DNA of 64,000 bases from Azolla caroliniana (GCA_043228905.1 JBHGNT010000015.1:7068001-7132000); one strand, 5' to 3'; numbered from the stretch's first letter, positions 1 through 13,365 are shown. Made by a program: numbers and translations. The notes: a model not told the origin generated them from the letters alone.

Positions 1-506
1 CATCTATTGGTTTTCAATATTGTAATAGTGCATGCATCGGTCATTCCGTCTATTAGGTCCTTTCTAACATTAGCAAACATATGTTTTACTTATGTTTTGT
101 AAATATTAATAGTCTACCCTCACCTATGTTATGTGTACATAAAATACTCCCCCACTTCAAAAGCTTGCACTCTTGCATATAAAATGAGGAAATTGGGAAT
201 TGAGAGCATGCTCCCGTTCCCATGTGGCATCATCAATAGATTTATCCATCCATTTGATATTGAATTGAGGTTTGTAAGACAATACTTTCATGTTACAAGA
301 ACCTTTATTGTGATGATGTTATCACCATAGAATAAAAATGGTTTTAGATTATTGATGTGAAAAACATGATGAATACCAACACCATAGGGTAAGGCAAGGT
401 GATAAGCGGATGATCCTAATCGCTTAAGGATTCCAAAAAGGCTACAATATTGTGGGGCTTAGTGCACAGACATGAAGATAATGACGTAGAGTCAGTAGCT
501 ACACAC

Positions 507-2643
507 TATTTTTTTATTTTTTTCCAAAAACAAAACTCTTTCCATTAGTTATAAATTTTTACAAATGAGAATGTTATATACAAATCTCATTAGTGACTCG
601 ATAGTTCCATCTTATGTGGAGGCCCACTAACTCAAGAAAGGGAGAGGAAAACAATTGTTGGATGAAGGTTAATCGTTGTCTTTTGACTCCATCGGAGCCG
701 CCCGGGAGGCCATCGTATTGGTTCTTTAGAGTGGCTACAAATTCACATCCATATCTCCTGTAATAACATTGCTTGATGCATGGTTTGATTGGAAAAGACT
801 CGTCTACATCGTTGTTTCTAAAGAATCCAAAGATTTATTGAGCTGACCAATTCCAACACAACTTGACCTTTGGCATTTATAGGAGTTGAGTGGATATTGT
901 AGATGGTGAAAAACAAAATCTCTTGTGCCTTTATCACCAACATCATCCCCTCCTACCGATGTTCATACTTGTCAACTAGGGCCTATCATGATAACCAACA
1001 TACATTCCCCCACTTGATTGCGTAGTGATTCGATAGTTCCATCTTATGTGGAGGCCCACTAACTCAAGAAAGGGAGAGGAAAACAATTGTTGGATGAAGG
1101 TTAATCATTATCTTTCGACTCCATTGGAACCACCTGTGAGGCCATCGTATTGGCTCTTTAGAGTGGCTACAACTTCACATCCATATCTCCTGTAATAACA
1201 TTGCTTGATGCACGGTTTGATTGGAAAAGACTCGTCTACACCGTTGTTTCTAAAGAATCCAAAGAGTTATTGAGCTGACCAATTTCAACACAACTTGAGC
1301 TTTGGCATTAATAGGAGTTGAATGGATATTGTAGATGGTGAAAAACAAAATCTCTTGTCCCTTTATCACCAACATCATCCCCTCCTACCGATGTTCGTAC
1401 TTGTCAACTAGGGCCTATCATGATAACCAACATACATTCCCCCACTTTATTGTGTCTTGCACTTGGCATAATTGCAATAGGCGTCCAACCCCCTCCAGTT
1501 GGATGCGTCTCTGGGCATTCCCATAGAGCATGTCGGATTGACTCTGTTACATTCGGGCACGCTACACAATTAGGAGAGCTAAGGATCCCACGCTGCCATG
1601 CTCCAACCAGCAGTAACCTATGTATTAATAGCCATTGGAACGTGGTAATTCGTCGAGTGTGGTGTTGTTTCCATATTTTCTGCCAAAACTTGGTAATAAT
1701 TGTATGGGAAACATGATATGTGTGCCAAATCTTTGTAGTAGTCGACTCTCGGGCATTTTGAGCGGTTAGAATGTGGTGACCCAATCTAGTCGTGAATTGG
1801 AAGAAAGGGATGGCTTTGCTTACTTGACCCGCATAAGGATCGCGCCACGTCCATTACAAAGGGTCCCAATTACGTAGCCATGTGTTTTCATGACTACATA
1901 TGTGCCATTCTGGTTGTACTTTGATCAATCAGATCGAGGTCTAGAATCCATTTACGACCATATGTGAGTAATTGAATTGCCATGCTCAATGTTGGTACCT
2001 CATTGTCTCACAGTTAATGGTGTTGGATCCTGTCTGGTGTTTCCCTAAATCTTGGGATCAAGGAGTCCTCATCCTAATAGCCTATCCAGTTCTTAAGTAC
2101 CGTCCATTGATTAGTAGCTTCCCCAAGCAATAAAGCGTTCATAATTTCAGACCTCATAGTCCATCTGCCCCTAATTCCATGGAGTATGTTGGCTTGATCT
2201 TGTAGTGGAAATGACTTAAACCGTCTCCAACATTCTATACTCTTTTTTGGATTCGAACCTTACCTGATCCAATTAGTTGACCGGATTCATCTCTGATACA
2301 TCGGTTCCACAAGATGCGTCGACTGAGCCAGGTAGGTTCAGAGTTTGGTTGATCACACTTGAGTCCTCGTCTTATGTCACACCATGCCTTCCACATGGAT
2401 GTATTGAATCTATCCTCCAATTGGTCCCTTTCCTTGAGGTAAAGCATGCAAACTGTGTTCGCAATAGCATTTTCAAACATTCATCCCCCGATTGGAGTCC
2501 TCACTAGCAAGTAGTGCTTCGGACTGTGAGAGGGGATCAAATAGATCCAATCCTCCTCTTGACTTGGGTGATGTGAGCACATGCCACACCACCTTGGCCC
2601 AAGATGCATGACCTTCCTTACTAGACCAAATGTAGTTGCGCAT
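507..2643 (-). mobile_element. Degenerate L1-like LINE, 3' part of ORF2 with poly(A) tail
   Basis: The minus-strand ORF 1404-1784 has the zinc-knuckle motif CVACPNVTESIRHALWECP. MRNYIWS...WAKVVW reads from 2643 downward, matching the post-RT region of LINE ORF2. The T-rich tract at about 507-523 is the poly(A) tail. The element is interrupted at 2644 by Copia A. Confidence 0.8.
591..1450. repeat. Tandem duplication of about 432 bp inside the LINE 3' end
   Basis: TAGTGA(C/T)TCGATAGTTCCATCTTATGTGG starts at both 591 and 1023. The two copies are near-identical with scattered substitutions. Confidence 0.95.
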
Positions 2644-2748
2644 TGTTAAGAATTAGGTAAGTAATTAAGCAAGGATTAATTAGTACCTAATTATGTGACT
2701 AGTTGATAAGCAAAAGATTAAGTGATATGTGTGTGTATGTGTGAGAGA

Positions 2749-2802
<54 letters not shown>

Positions 2803-4306
2803 CAACACAAGATGAGGGATGAGTAAGTATATTAAATTAGCATTATCATCATCAAATACAAAAATACCATCAATGAGGTATATATAGATCTCATGTGCAA
2901 GGGTGCACATGTGTGAGGAGATATATAGGTACAACCGTGTAAGTTCTATATTAAATGACCTTGGGAGTGGAGGATCTAGAATATCCTACTAAGTACAAGG
3001 TCCTATTTAAGTTGTTATAGTCAACACTTCTAACTAGATTCTATCTAGGTAACTACGAAGTTACATGGTTGACTAACTAACTAAACTAAGTTGAGCTTGA
3101 TCTCTCAACACGCCCCCTCAAGCTCAAGTGTGTGAGGTGTCCGACATCCGCTTTGGCTTTTGCCGGCTTCGTGTGCTTCCGTCCGGCCTTCAGCTTTCTT
3201 CACCGTGGCAATCTTGGTTCCTCCCCCTCAAGCCGGTGACAAAGGCTTGTAGTGTGTGGGTGAAGGTCGACTACTTCCACCCAGCGTGGGTTATGAGCCA
3301 CTTCGGTGGAGCTCTTGGACTCTTGTTCGGCCGTTACCTTCATCGCAAAGGCATAGTGATGGGCCATATACTTGTTGTAGTCGAGTCGAGTGATGGGGTT
3401 CTTTGCTCTAGATGAGCGTCAAAGTTTTTCGCTCGCCGATGTGAGTGCCTTCTTTACTCCGGGTGTCCACATGATGGGTACACCAAACTCACTATCTAGT
3501 GAGGGAGCCGACACATCCGAATCACTATCGTCAGGGTGATCGACTTCGTATTCGGGCATCTTACCTTTGCCTTTGTCCAAGTTCATACTTGGTCGCGATG
3601 TGCTTGGTTCGTGTGGGGGCTCTTGTGGCCCACTAGGCCTTGCTGTAATCGGACTTTCTTCGAACATGTGTTCGAAGCGATCTCCATCTTCTACCTCTTG
3701 TTCGGCAGATTCCGAGTCGAGCAGAGTCGGAGTCGCAGTTGTCTTTGGTGCGTACCGGGATGCAGACTTGTCGAAGACTACGTCTCGACTTACCCGAACC
3801 GCTCAGGTAGAAGGGTTGTAGCACTTGTATTCTTTCTTCTCGGATGAGTATCCTATGAGGATACATTCCTCCGACTTCGTGTCGGGCTTCTGTCGTTGTT
3901 CGTTCGGGATGCGTACATTCGCAATGCTTCCAAACACCTTGAGGTGCGACAGGATCGGCTTCCTTCCAATGAGGAACTCGTAGGGAGTTAGCTCATGGAA
4001 TCCATTGGTGGTGCACCGGTTCATGAGATAGACGACTGTCAATGCCACGTCGGCCCAATAGAAGTTCGACATGTGCTTCTCGTGCATCATGGCGTGTGCT
4101 ACCTTGAGTATTTGTTGATTCTTCCTTTCGGCTACTCCATTTTGTTGGGGGCTGTGTCAGCACGAGAATTGTCTACGAATGCCTTCACTTTGGAGGTAGG
4201 AGGTGAATTCATCGGAGAAGTACTCCTTGCCTCCATCCGATCGTAGGCATCGAATGTGCCGACCGGTTTCTTTTTCGACTTGCCCCTTGAGCTTTTGGAA
4301 GTGGGA

Positions 4307-7300
4307 TGTGAATGTTAACCTATGGAAGCGTCAGACAGAACCGGCTTAGCTGGATAGCAACAGAAAATGAGATGAAGGTTTAATGGAAAATCTTAAACAC
4401 AAAGTATATATAGGAGAGACAGAGAGAGCAGAACATAGAACTATATTCAAAAATTAACTCTAAAACTCTGTAGATATAACATGCTAAACAAAACTATTTA
4501 TACAAGTCCATAAAGGATTGACAAAAGTACTGACAAGTACTTCAATTCTCACGAGTGTGACTAGCACTAACTACGAGACATTAACTACCTAGTAGTCTAG
4601 GCTGCTACTAGGCTTCCGGTTACTGCTTGATCCGGCTAACCGGCTCCCTAGCTCACCGGCTCGCTTGCTCACCGGCTCACTGATCCGGCTCATCTTTCCG
4701 GATGCCGATCCGGCTCAGGCTTATTCAGCCAATCCGGATCCAATTGAGCTTGCCGCTCAACACTCCCCCTCAAGCTCAACTTGTGGTTGGACCGTAGTGT
4801 CAGTCTCCATGGCATCCGGTCCTTCTACCCGGCTCCTTCTGGCATTCCTCCGCCTTGCTCGCGCTCCTCGTCTGGTCCGGTCCCGTTTGCCGCGACCCTT
4901 CTGATTCTGCGCACCTCGACCTCCTCGGTCGGCTTGTTTGCTCAACAGGCCCAATTCAGCTCCCTCATTGTTATGACTTCGACACTTGCCGATTCGCCGA
5001 TTCCTTCGTGTTGGAGTCGACTTTCGCGGCCTTCTCGTCCTCTTGGCCTTGAATTGATCCAGTTCTTCCGAATCCATCTGTTGAACCGAATCGGTTGTCT
5101 CCGATTCGTTCCAACTCTTGTCCGAATCGGTCGCTCCCGATTCGTCTTCCGGTTCCAGGCTCTTCACCACATCGAACCATGTCCGGGTCTTGGCCTTCTT
5201 CTTCTGGTCGGCTCTGTCCTTCTTGACTTTGCCGCCGTTGCTGCTTGTTCCGACTTGTTCAGATGTGTCAACTTCCTTTGTCAACTCGGCTCCTTTCTTC
5301 TTCTTGTCTCTCCCTCTGTCGGTTCTTCCCACACCGGCGCAATCGGCAGTTTCTTTACCTTTGCCAGTTCCAGTGTCTTTGCCCGTTCTCCCCCTCAAGT
5401 GTGGCATGTCGAGATGCTGAACACGAAGCATTCCGGTGAAGTGTTGCAACTTGTCCGAGTCGAGCGGTTTGGTGAAGATGTCGGCAACTTGCCGATCCGT
5501 ATGAACATACCGAAGTTCGACTTCACCGCTCAGGACACGCTCACGCACGAAGTGGTAGTGCACTTCTATGTGCTTTGTGCGAGCATGGAATACAAGGTTC
5601 TTGGGGAGCTGCATGCTGCTTATGTTGTCACAGTAGATCAGGATCAGGGTCGGCACCTCGATCCACAGGTCTTGCAGTAGTCGCCGAAGCCAAATGGCTT
5701 CATAGGTGGCAACGGTAGCACCTCGGTATTCAACCTCAATGCTCGAAAGGGCCATTGTTGGCTACTTTTTGCTGCTCCACACAACAATCACACTACCAAG
5801 GGAAAACATATAGCCGAAGGTGGATCGGCGATCCGATGCATCGTTGGCCTAGTCGGTCGACTAGCTCTTTGGTTATACCATGCTGGTATAACAGTCCCCG
5901 GTCCTTCATGCCGCTCACATACCGGAGTATCCGGTGTGCGCACTGAAGGTTCTCGACGGTCGGCTTCTCCATGAACTGGCTGATCACTCCGACCGGGTAA
6001 TTGAGGTCAGGTCGAGTGATCGTCAAGTATATCAGGCTTCTAACGATTTGTCGGAACCGTTTCTCATCGCAGGCTGGTCCTGAGTTGGGACAGAGCTTCT
6101 GGTTCCGGTCCAAGGGTGTGGAGATCGGTCAGCATTCCGTCATGCCGAACTTGTACAACATATTTAACATATAGTGTCTTTGTGAGAGCGATATGCCGTC
6201 GGGGGTTCGGATCACCTCGATCCCAAGGAAATAGTGAAGGTCCCCCAGGTCCTTCATCTCAAATGCGTCCGACAACTGGGACTTGACTCGGTTGATTTCA
6301 TTGAGTCCTGGTTCGGTGATGACTAGATCATCAACATACAGCAAGATGCAAACCGGACCATCCGGACCTTGGCGGATGAACAACGAAGAGTCAGACTTGG
6401 AGGCCGTAAACCCCATCTTACGTAACCGGTGCGTGATCTTCGCATTCCAAGCTCAGGGGCCTTGCTTCAGGCCATAAAGTGACTTCTTCAGCCGGCATAC
6501 CGCCGACTTGTTCATCTCCGACTGGAAACTGGGGGGTTGGGTCATAAACACCTCTTCTTCAAGATCGCCTTGAAGAAATGCATTCTTCACGTCCATCTGG
6601 TGAAGATGTCACCTCCCTGCCGCAACAACCGCCAGCACCACACGAACCGTCCTCATCTTTGCTACCGGAACGAAGGTCTCGTCGTAGTCGATTCCGTGGG
6701 TCTGCGCGTATCCCTTTGCCACTAACCAGGCCTTGTACCGGTTAACCGAAACGTTGGCATTGTACTTTACCTTGTACACCCACTTACATCGAATCGGTTT
6801 ATAGTGTCGGGAAGGGTCAACTAGGTCCCATGTCTCGTTGGCATCTAGTGCCCACATTTCTTCCTCCATAACGGCACACCAATTTGCGTCCTTTGCCGCT
6901 TCTGTGTAGCTCTCCGGCTCACGCACTTCTGCCACTTTCGTCATGTACGCATAATGATGCGCCATGTACTCATTGTACCTGTACTGCGTAACGGGGTTCT
7001 TCATGCAGGAAGACCGACGTAACTTGGTATTACCAGGTTTGGGGCCCTTCTTGGCCAGGTCGGACTTCGTTCTCGAAGATCCGCCTTCATCCTTTCCAGA
7101 GTTGGATTCGCTCCGATCTGACTCAACGTTGCCGGTTTCGTATTCTGGTATCTTCTCTTTGCGCGTGAACCATCTCATTGGTTCCTTGAGCGAGGAGAGC
7201 ACGACAGAGTCTCCACTACTCATCGGTTCCTCATCCGACTAGTCATCCAGACTCAGCCACTCATTCGGTCCACTTAACCGAAACGATTCCGGATTTACAT

Positions 7301-10300
7301 CTAGAGTCTCGAACCCTTCGTCTTCTAACTGGACTAGTTCAGGCTCACTAGCCTCATCCTCCGGTATCGGGTCGGGGTCGGAAGTTGGAGCCGGTAAGGC
7401 ATACCATGATGCCATCTCATCAAACTCAACATCCCGGCTAACTCGGACTTGCTTCGTCTGAGGGTTATAACACTTATACCCCTTTTGCTCATGTGAGTAA
7501 CCGACTAGGATGCATTTCTCCGACTTCGCATCCAACTTCCTCCGCTTCTCATCCGACACATGCACATATGCAATGCTACCGAATATCCGAAGGTGTCTCA
7601 AATTCGGCTTGCGCTCAAAATATAGTTCGTGTGGTGACACCTTGTGACCGATCCGGTTTTGGATGTAGACGGTCGTCCGGACTGCCTCAGCCTAGTAGAA
7701 TTTGGGCATGCTCTTCTCCTCCAGCATCGCCCTTGCCGCGTCGATAATTGACTGGTTCTTCCTCTCGGCCACACCGTTTTGCTCTGGTGTGTATCTGCAG
7801 CTGAACTCTCTCCGAATTCCTTTTTGCTACAGATAACTGTTGAATTGGCCGGAAAAACACTCTTTTCCGCCATCCGACCGCAGGCACTTGATTTTCCTCT
7901 CTGTTTCCCGTTCAACCAGGCTTTGCAGGTTCCGGAAACACTCGAAGACTTCGCTCTTCCGCTCAACGAGGTAGATCCATGTGTGCTGGCTATAGTCGTC
8001 AATGAAGGAGACGAAGTATCAACTCCCGCCAAGACTAACGTTCTGTGCCGGTCCCCATACATCCGAATGAATAAGGTCGAGCTTGTTACAGCTACAGTTT
8101 CATTCGGTGGGGAATGGAAGCCGGTGTTGCTTCCCGAGTTGGCAGGCTTCACATATTTGGACCTTCCGGCTTTGCTCTTTCGCTCAATGAGGTAGATCCA
8201 TGTGTGCCAGCTATAGTCGTCAATGAAGGAGACGAAGTATCGACTCCCGCCAAGACTAATGTTCTGTGTTGGTCCCCATACATCCGAATGAATAAGGTCG
8301 AGCTTGTTACGGCTACAGTTTCGTTCGGTGGGGAATGGAAGCCGGTGTTGATTCCCGAGTTGGCAGGCTTCACATATTTGGACCTTCCGGCCACTGAGCT
8401 TTTGCAAACCGAAAACAACTTGTTTTGTTTGCAGGTCTTGAAGCCTCCAGTAATTGATGTGGCCAATCCGCCTGTGCCAAAGATCAACATCCGACTCAAT
8501 CTCCTGTCCTTTGGCGAACAAAGCGGTGCCGACGTCATTGGTGTAGAGGATGAACATCCTCCCATCTATGCGCCCTTGCGCAATAATCTGGCCCTCTTCC
8601 TCGATGAAGCACCCAAGGTGCGTAAACCGCACCTGCATCCCCTGGTCAACAATATGACCGACTGACACCAGGTTCTTCGTGATAGTCAGAACATATAATA
8701 CGTTCATCAACATCCCCCTCTGTCCGACGTGGCTCAAAGGGACTTCTCCGACATGCACGATTGGGTGAGGAGTGTTGTCTCCGGTTTCAACGACTCCCGG
8801 TTGTTCCAGTTTCTCCACGAAAGAGAACCACTCTTTGTGGCTCGTCATGTGATTCGACGCACCAGAATCAACATACCACACTTCCTCCGATTTGGAAGTG
8901 GTCTTCTTCATCGAGTTAGCCTCGTGTTTCATCACCAAGGCTAGCCCTTTAACGTCTTTTCCGGTTTTGGATCCTCCTGATCCTTCTGCGTAGTGCGAGT
9001 ATTGTCGGTCCTCTCTACCGGCCTTGCCAGATCCAGATCTGTTCGAATCGGCGGGCTTCTTCCAACACTCGCTTTCTCTGTGGCCCTTTTTACCATAGTA
9101 CCAACATTCCATGTCGGCCTTTGCTTGTCGGCCTCCGGTGCCGCCTTGACTCCCCCTACTTGTGGACGGTCTGGAACTGCTATCAGCATGTTCTCTGTGT
9201 CTTCGGTCCAACTCTTGTTGGCCGCTACCATTGCGAGCCGACTCGTCTCGTCCACCACGCCCACGGGGCCAATTAGCCTCCGTGTACAACATCCGGATGT
9301 CGGTGGGTGCACTTGTTGACGCACCGAAGTGGTTCTCCTCTACAAGGAGCATCGATTGTAAGTCGAAAAATGACGGCATATTCTCCCTTGTACATACCAC
9401 CATTCAGAACGCTCTGAACTTAGACGTTAGGCCCCCAAGACAGATCTGCACCATCTCATCTTCCTCTACAGTGACGTTGATAGAAGCAATTGAGTCATAG
9501 ATCTCTTTGATTCGGGCCGTGTAATCGGCTACCGACATGTCCTTCTGTTGGACATTGCTTAACTCCTGCCAGAGTTGCAGCTTCCGGGTCGTAGTGCTTG
9601 CCGTGAAAACCTTCTTCATGTTTCCCGAAGCTTCTTTTGGCGTCTTGGCATCTCGGACATGGCTCAACAGCTGGTCTCCAACACTAGACGCAAAGCAGTA
9701 CATCACTTTGCTTGCCGCTTGTTCCCACACTGGGAAGTCCTTGTGTGCCGCATCAAGTGTTGTGTCGTTAGCTCCGTCGACATAGCTCCAGTAACCATGC
9801 CCAAGCAGGTACTAGTGCATCTTGTATGACCAAGATGCGTAGTTGGATCTGTCGAGCTTCTCCATCGGGAGCGAGCTAGCCATTCCTCTGTCCATCACTT
9901 CTCTTTCTGTTCTTACCGGGTCTTAGGGTTTGTCTTCATATGCTGATGTCGGTTGTAGAGGTTCTCAACCCTCACGCTCTTATACCATGTGAATGTTAAC
10001 CTACGGAAGCGTCAGACAGAATCGGCTCAGCCGGATAGCAACAGAAAATGAGATGAAGGTTTAATGGAAAAGCTTAAACACATAGAGTATATACGGGAGA
10101 GACAGAGAGAGCAGACCATAGAACTATATTCAAAAATTAACTCTAAAACTCTGTAGATACAACGTGCTAAACATCACTATTTATACAAGTCCATAAAGGA
10201 CTAATAGAAGTACTGACAGGTACTTCAATACTCACAAGTGCGACTGACACTAACTACGAGACATTAACTACCTAGTAGTCTAGGCTGCTACTAGGCTCCT

Positions 10301-10429
10301 GGTTACTACTTGATCCGGCTAACCGGCTCCCCAGCTCACTAGCTCACCGATCCGGCTCATCCTTCCGGATGTTGATCCGGCTCAGGCTTATTCAGCCGAT
10401 CCGGATCCGATTGAGCTTGCCACTCAACA
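4307..10429 (-). mobile_element. Ty1/Copia element B, full domain set but decayed, inserted in the integrase of A
   Basis: LTRs TGTGAATG...CTCAACA at 4307-4762 and 9988-10429, TSD TGGGA/GGGGA. The host frame SEVFSHFQKL is restored on removal. Gag, PR (WYVDSGA), INT (HSDVWGP), RT (LYVDD) and RNase H (HARTKHIEVHYHF) are all visible. Confidence 0.95.
7950..8391. repeat. Tandem duplication of about 221 bp in the integrase of element B
   Basis: Copies lie at 7950-8170 and 8171-8391. The duplication shifts the frame of the 601-aa ORF and produces repeated peptides in the ORF track. Confidence 0.9.
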
Positions 10430-12772
10430 GGGGAGAACACTTCACTCTTCTTCTTCATCAGGTAGATCCACACGTAGCGCGAGTAGTTGTCGTTGAAGGT
10501 TACGTAGTATCAGCATCCGCCGATCGTCGGCGTTTGAGCAATTACCCATACATCCGAATGTATGACGTCGAGGAGGCCTTTGCTCGTGGAGCTCTCCTTC
10601 GGGAATGGGTATCGATGTTGTTTGTCGAGTTGACATGCTTCACATACTCGATCAACTCATTTCAACTTGAATGTAGGAAGTTCGATGACGACTCCCTTGG
10701 TTTACATCGCACGAAGCCATTGGAGGTTTACGTGGTCGATTCTCTTGTGCCACAACTCGATGCTTGTCTCCGTTTTGAGACCTTTGGCGTACATTGCCGA
10801 TTTCACCTCGTTCAAATCAAGGATGAACATTCGGCCGTCTCTCTGCCCCTTAGCTATGAGTTAGCCATCTTTCTCAATGAAACAACCTTCGTTGTTGAAG
10901 CAGACTTGCATGCCTTGCTCCACGATTTGGCCAATCGAGACCAAATTCTTCGTTATTGTGGGCACATGCAAGACATTCTTGATGCAATTGTTCTTGCAAT
11001 CATTGCCGAATGGAACGTTGCCGATGTGCCGAATGGGATGTGTGGTGTCGTCTCCCATCTCTATGTAACTGGGTCGATCCAGTGTACGCAAGTCATTGAA
11101 CCACTCTTTGTGAGATGTCATGTGATGTCTGGCGCCGGAATCAACGAACCACATGTCTTCCGAATTGGAGGTGCCTTTGGAGTTGGAGGCCGACATAGAG
11201 TTTGCTCTATGCCTCATTACGAATAGTCCTGCATAATCATCGTATTCAGATATGACGGCGTAATTCGTGTGTTGTCGACTTGTGGAAGCCGACTCGCTTC
11301 TTCTTTTTCGGCATTCCTCCTCGTTGTGGCCGATTTTGCCGCAATAGTTGCAAGTTGCGAGCCTCGTTTGCTGACCATGTTCGGCGTGGAAGCTCCCCCT
11401 TCTTCCGAAGGTTCCTTGATGGCTTCCATGAAGGTTTGAGTTCCCTTCATGTGATGGGTCGAATTGACTTCTTCTACTGCCGTGACCTCCTCCTCGGCCA
11501 CCGTCTGAATTCTAGAAGATCATTTTCCTTCCGACATCTTGCTTTTGGTTCGGACGTGGTTCTCTTCAACCAATAGCATTGATTGGAGGTCGAAGAATGA
11601 AGGAGGGTTTTCTCTCGCCAAGATTGCTGTCCGTAATGGATCGAATTGTTGTGCGAGGCCTCCCAAGCATACTTGAACCATCTCGTCTTCGTCGACGTTT
11701 ATTTTGATGGAACCAAGCGAGTTGCAAATGCTCTTCATCTTGGCGGTGTAGATCGACACAGACATGTCTTTTTGTCGAATGTTGTTCAACTCTTGTCGGA
11801 GTTGAAGCTTTCAGGCGGTCGTGTTGACAGCGAAGATTTTCTTTAAGTTCTCCCATGGCTCTTTGGGTGACTTGGCGTCTCGAATGTGGCTAAGCATGTG
11901 GTCGTGGACACATGTTGCCAAGCAATACATGACTCGACTCGCCGCTTGTTCCCATGTTGCATAGTCGGCGTTCTTTGAGTCGGGTCGATTTTCTTGTGCG
12001 TCGTTGATGTAGCTCCAATACCCTTGGCCGACGAGGTATTGGGTCATCTTGTACTCCCAAGATGAATAATTGCTCCGGTCTAGCTTTTCACTAGGAAGCG
12101 AGCTACCCATTTGTGTGTTCATGTTGATTGTGTCTTCGCTTCTTTTGCTTTTCTTCCTTTGATCAAGTGCTACGTAGTGGCGCTACGGTAGCGGATAGCC
12201 GGATTTTGTCGTCGACATCTCGAACACACAATCATGAAGTCGGGTGGGCTTAGGACATTTTCTAAACCACACGCTCTGATACCATGTTAAGAATTAGGTA
12301 AGTAATTAAGCAAGGATTAATTAGTACCTAATTATGTGACTAGTTGATAAGCGGAAGATTAAGTGATATGTGTGTGTATGTATGTGTGAGAGAGGAAGAG
12401 AGAGAGAGAGATATAAAACACAAGATGGGGGATGAGTCAGTATATTAAATTAGCGTTATCATCATCAAATACAAAAATACCATCAATGAGGTATATATAG
12501 ATCTCATGTGCAAGGGTGCACATGTGTGAGGAGAATATAGGTACAACCATGTAAGTCCTATATTAAATGACCTTGGGAGTGGAGGATCTAAAATATCCTA
12601 CTTAAGTACAAGGTCCTATTTAAATCGTTATAGTCAACACTTCTAACTAGATTCTATCTAGGTAACTACGAAGTTACATGGTTGACTAACTAACTAAACT
12701 AAGTTGAGCTTGATCTCTCAACACACATCGGTCATTGAATCCTCCAATTGGTCTCTTTCCTTGAGGTAAAGC

Positions 12773-13365
12773 CTTGCTTCATGCCTTGCTCGCGCTCCTT
12801 GGCCTGTCTAGTTCCGCACGCCTCGACCTTCTCGATCGGCTTGTCTGCTCATAAGGCCCTTGTCAGCTCCCTTGTTATTCTGGTGTTGGCACCTCTTCCG
12901 ATGCCCTTTCGTCTGCTTTCCCTTTAAGTGATCCGGCTCGTCCAAATCGATTTGTTCGACTGAATCGATTGTCTCCGATCCGTTCCCACTCTTGTCCAAA
13001 TTGGTTGTCTCCAATTCGTCCTCATTCTTTAGGCCTTTAACCACGTTAGACCATGTCCAAGTCCTGGCCTTTATGCCCTTCTTAGCTTTAGCTCCCCCTT
13101 GTTTGGCTGTATTTGGCTTGGGCTCATTCCTTTGGTTGCTCCCCCCATTTCTGTCTTTGGCTTCTTCAACTATCCTGTAATCAAACTCTTCATCCGATTC
13201 GTTTTTCCAATCTCTTCCACTCCTTTTGCTATTTCTCCCCCTCAAGTTTGGCATATCGAGGTGTTGCAAACAAAGCGCACTCGAAAAATCTGCAACTTGT
13301 CTAGGCCAAGGGGTTTGGTGAAGATATCGACAGTTTGCCGATATGTCAGAACATACAAGCTCAAC
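12773..13365 (-). mobile_element. 3' fragment of a B-family Copia (RNase H end plus basic extension)
   Basis: QTVDIFTKPL followed by QHLDMPNLRG...TWSNVVKGL, colinear with element B 4860-5520. Confidence 0.85.

Larger units (their letters stand above)
2644..12723 (-). mobile_element. Ty1/Copia element A (gag-PR-INT, RT/RNase H deleted), host of nested element B
   Basis: LTRs TGTTAAG...CTCAACA at 2644-3110 and 12285-12723. The tRNA-iMet PBS (TGGTATCAGAGC on the minus strand) abuts 12285 and the PPT abuts 3110. TSD is CGCAT/CACAT. Gag MGSSLPSEKLDRSNY, protease WFVDSGA and integrase fragments are present. Confidence 0.93.

Noticed and set aside
4781-5680. 299-aa plus-strand ORF, and similar ones such as 10369-11226 and 8114-8665
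   Set aside because: These are antisense shadows of Copia pol codons with no independent motifs.
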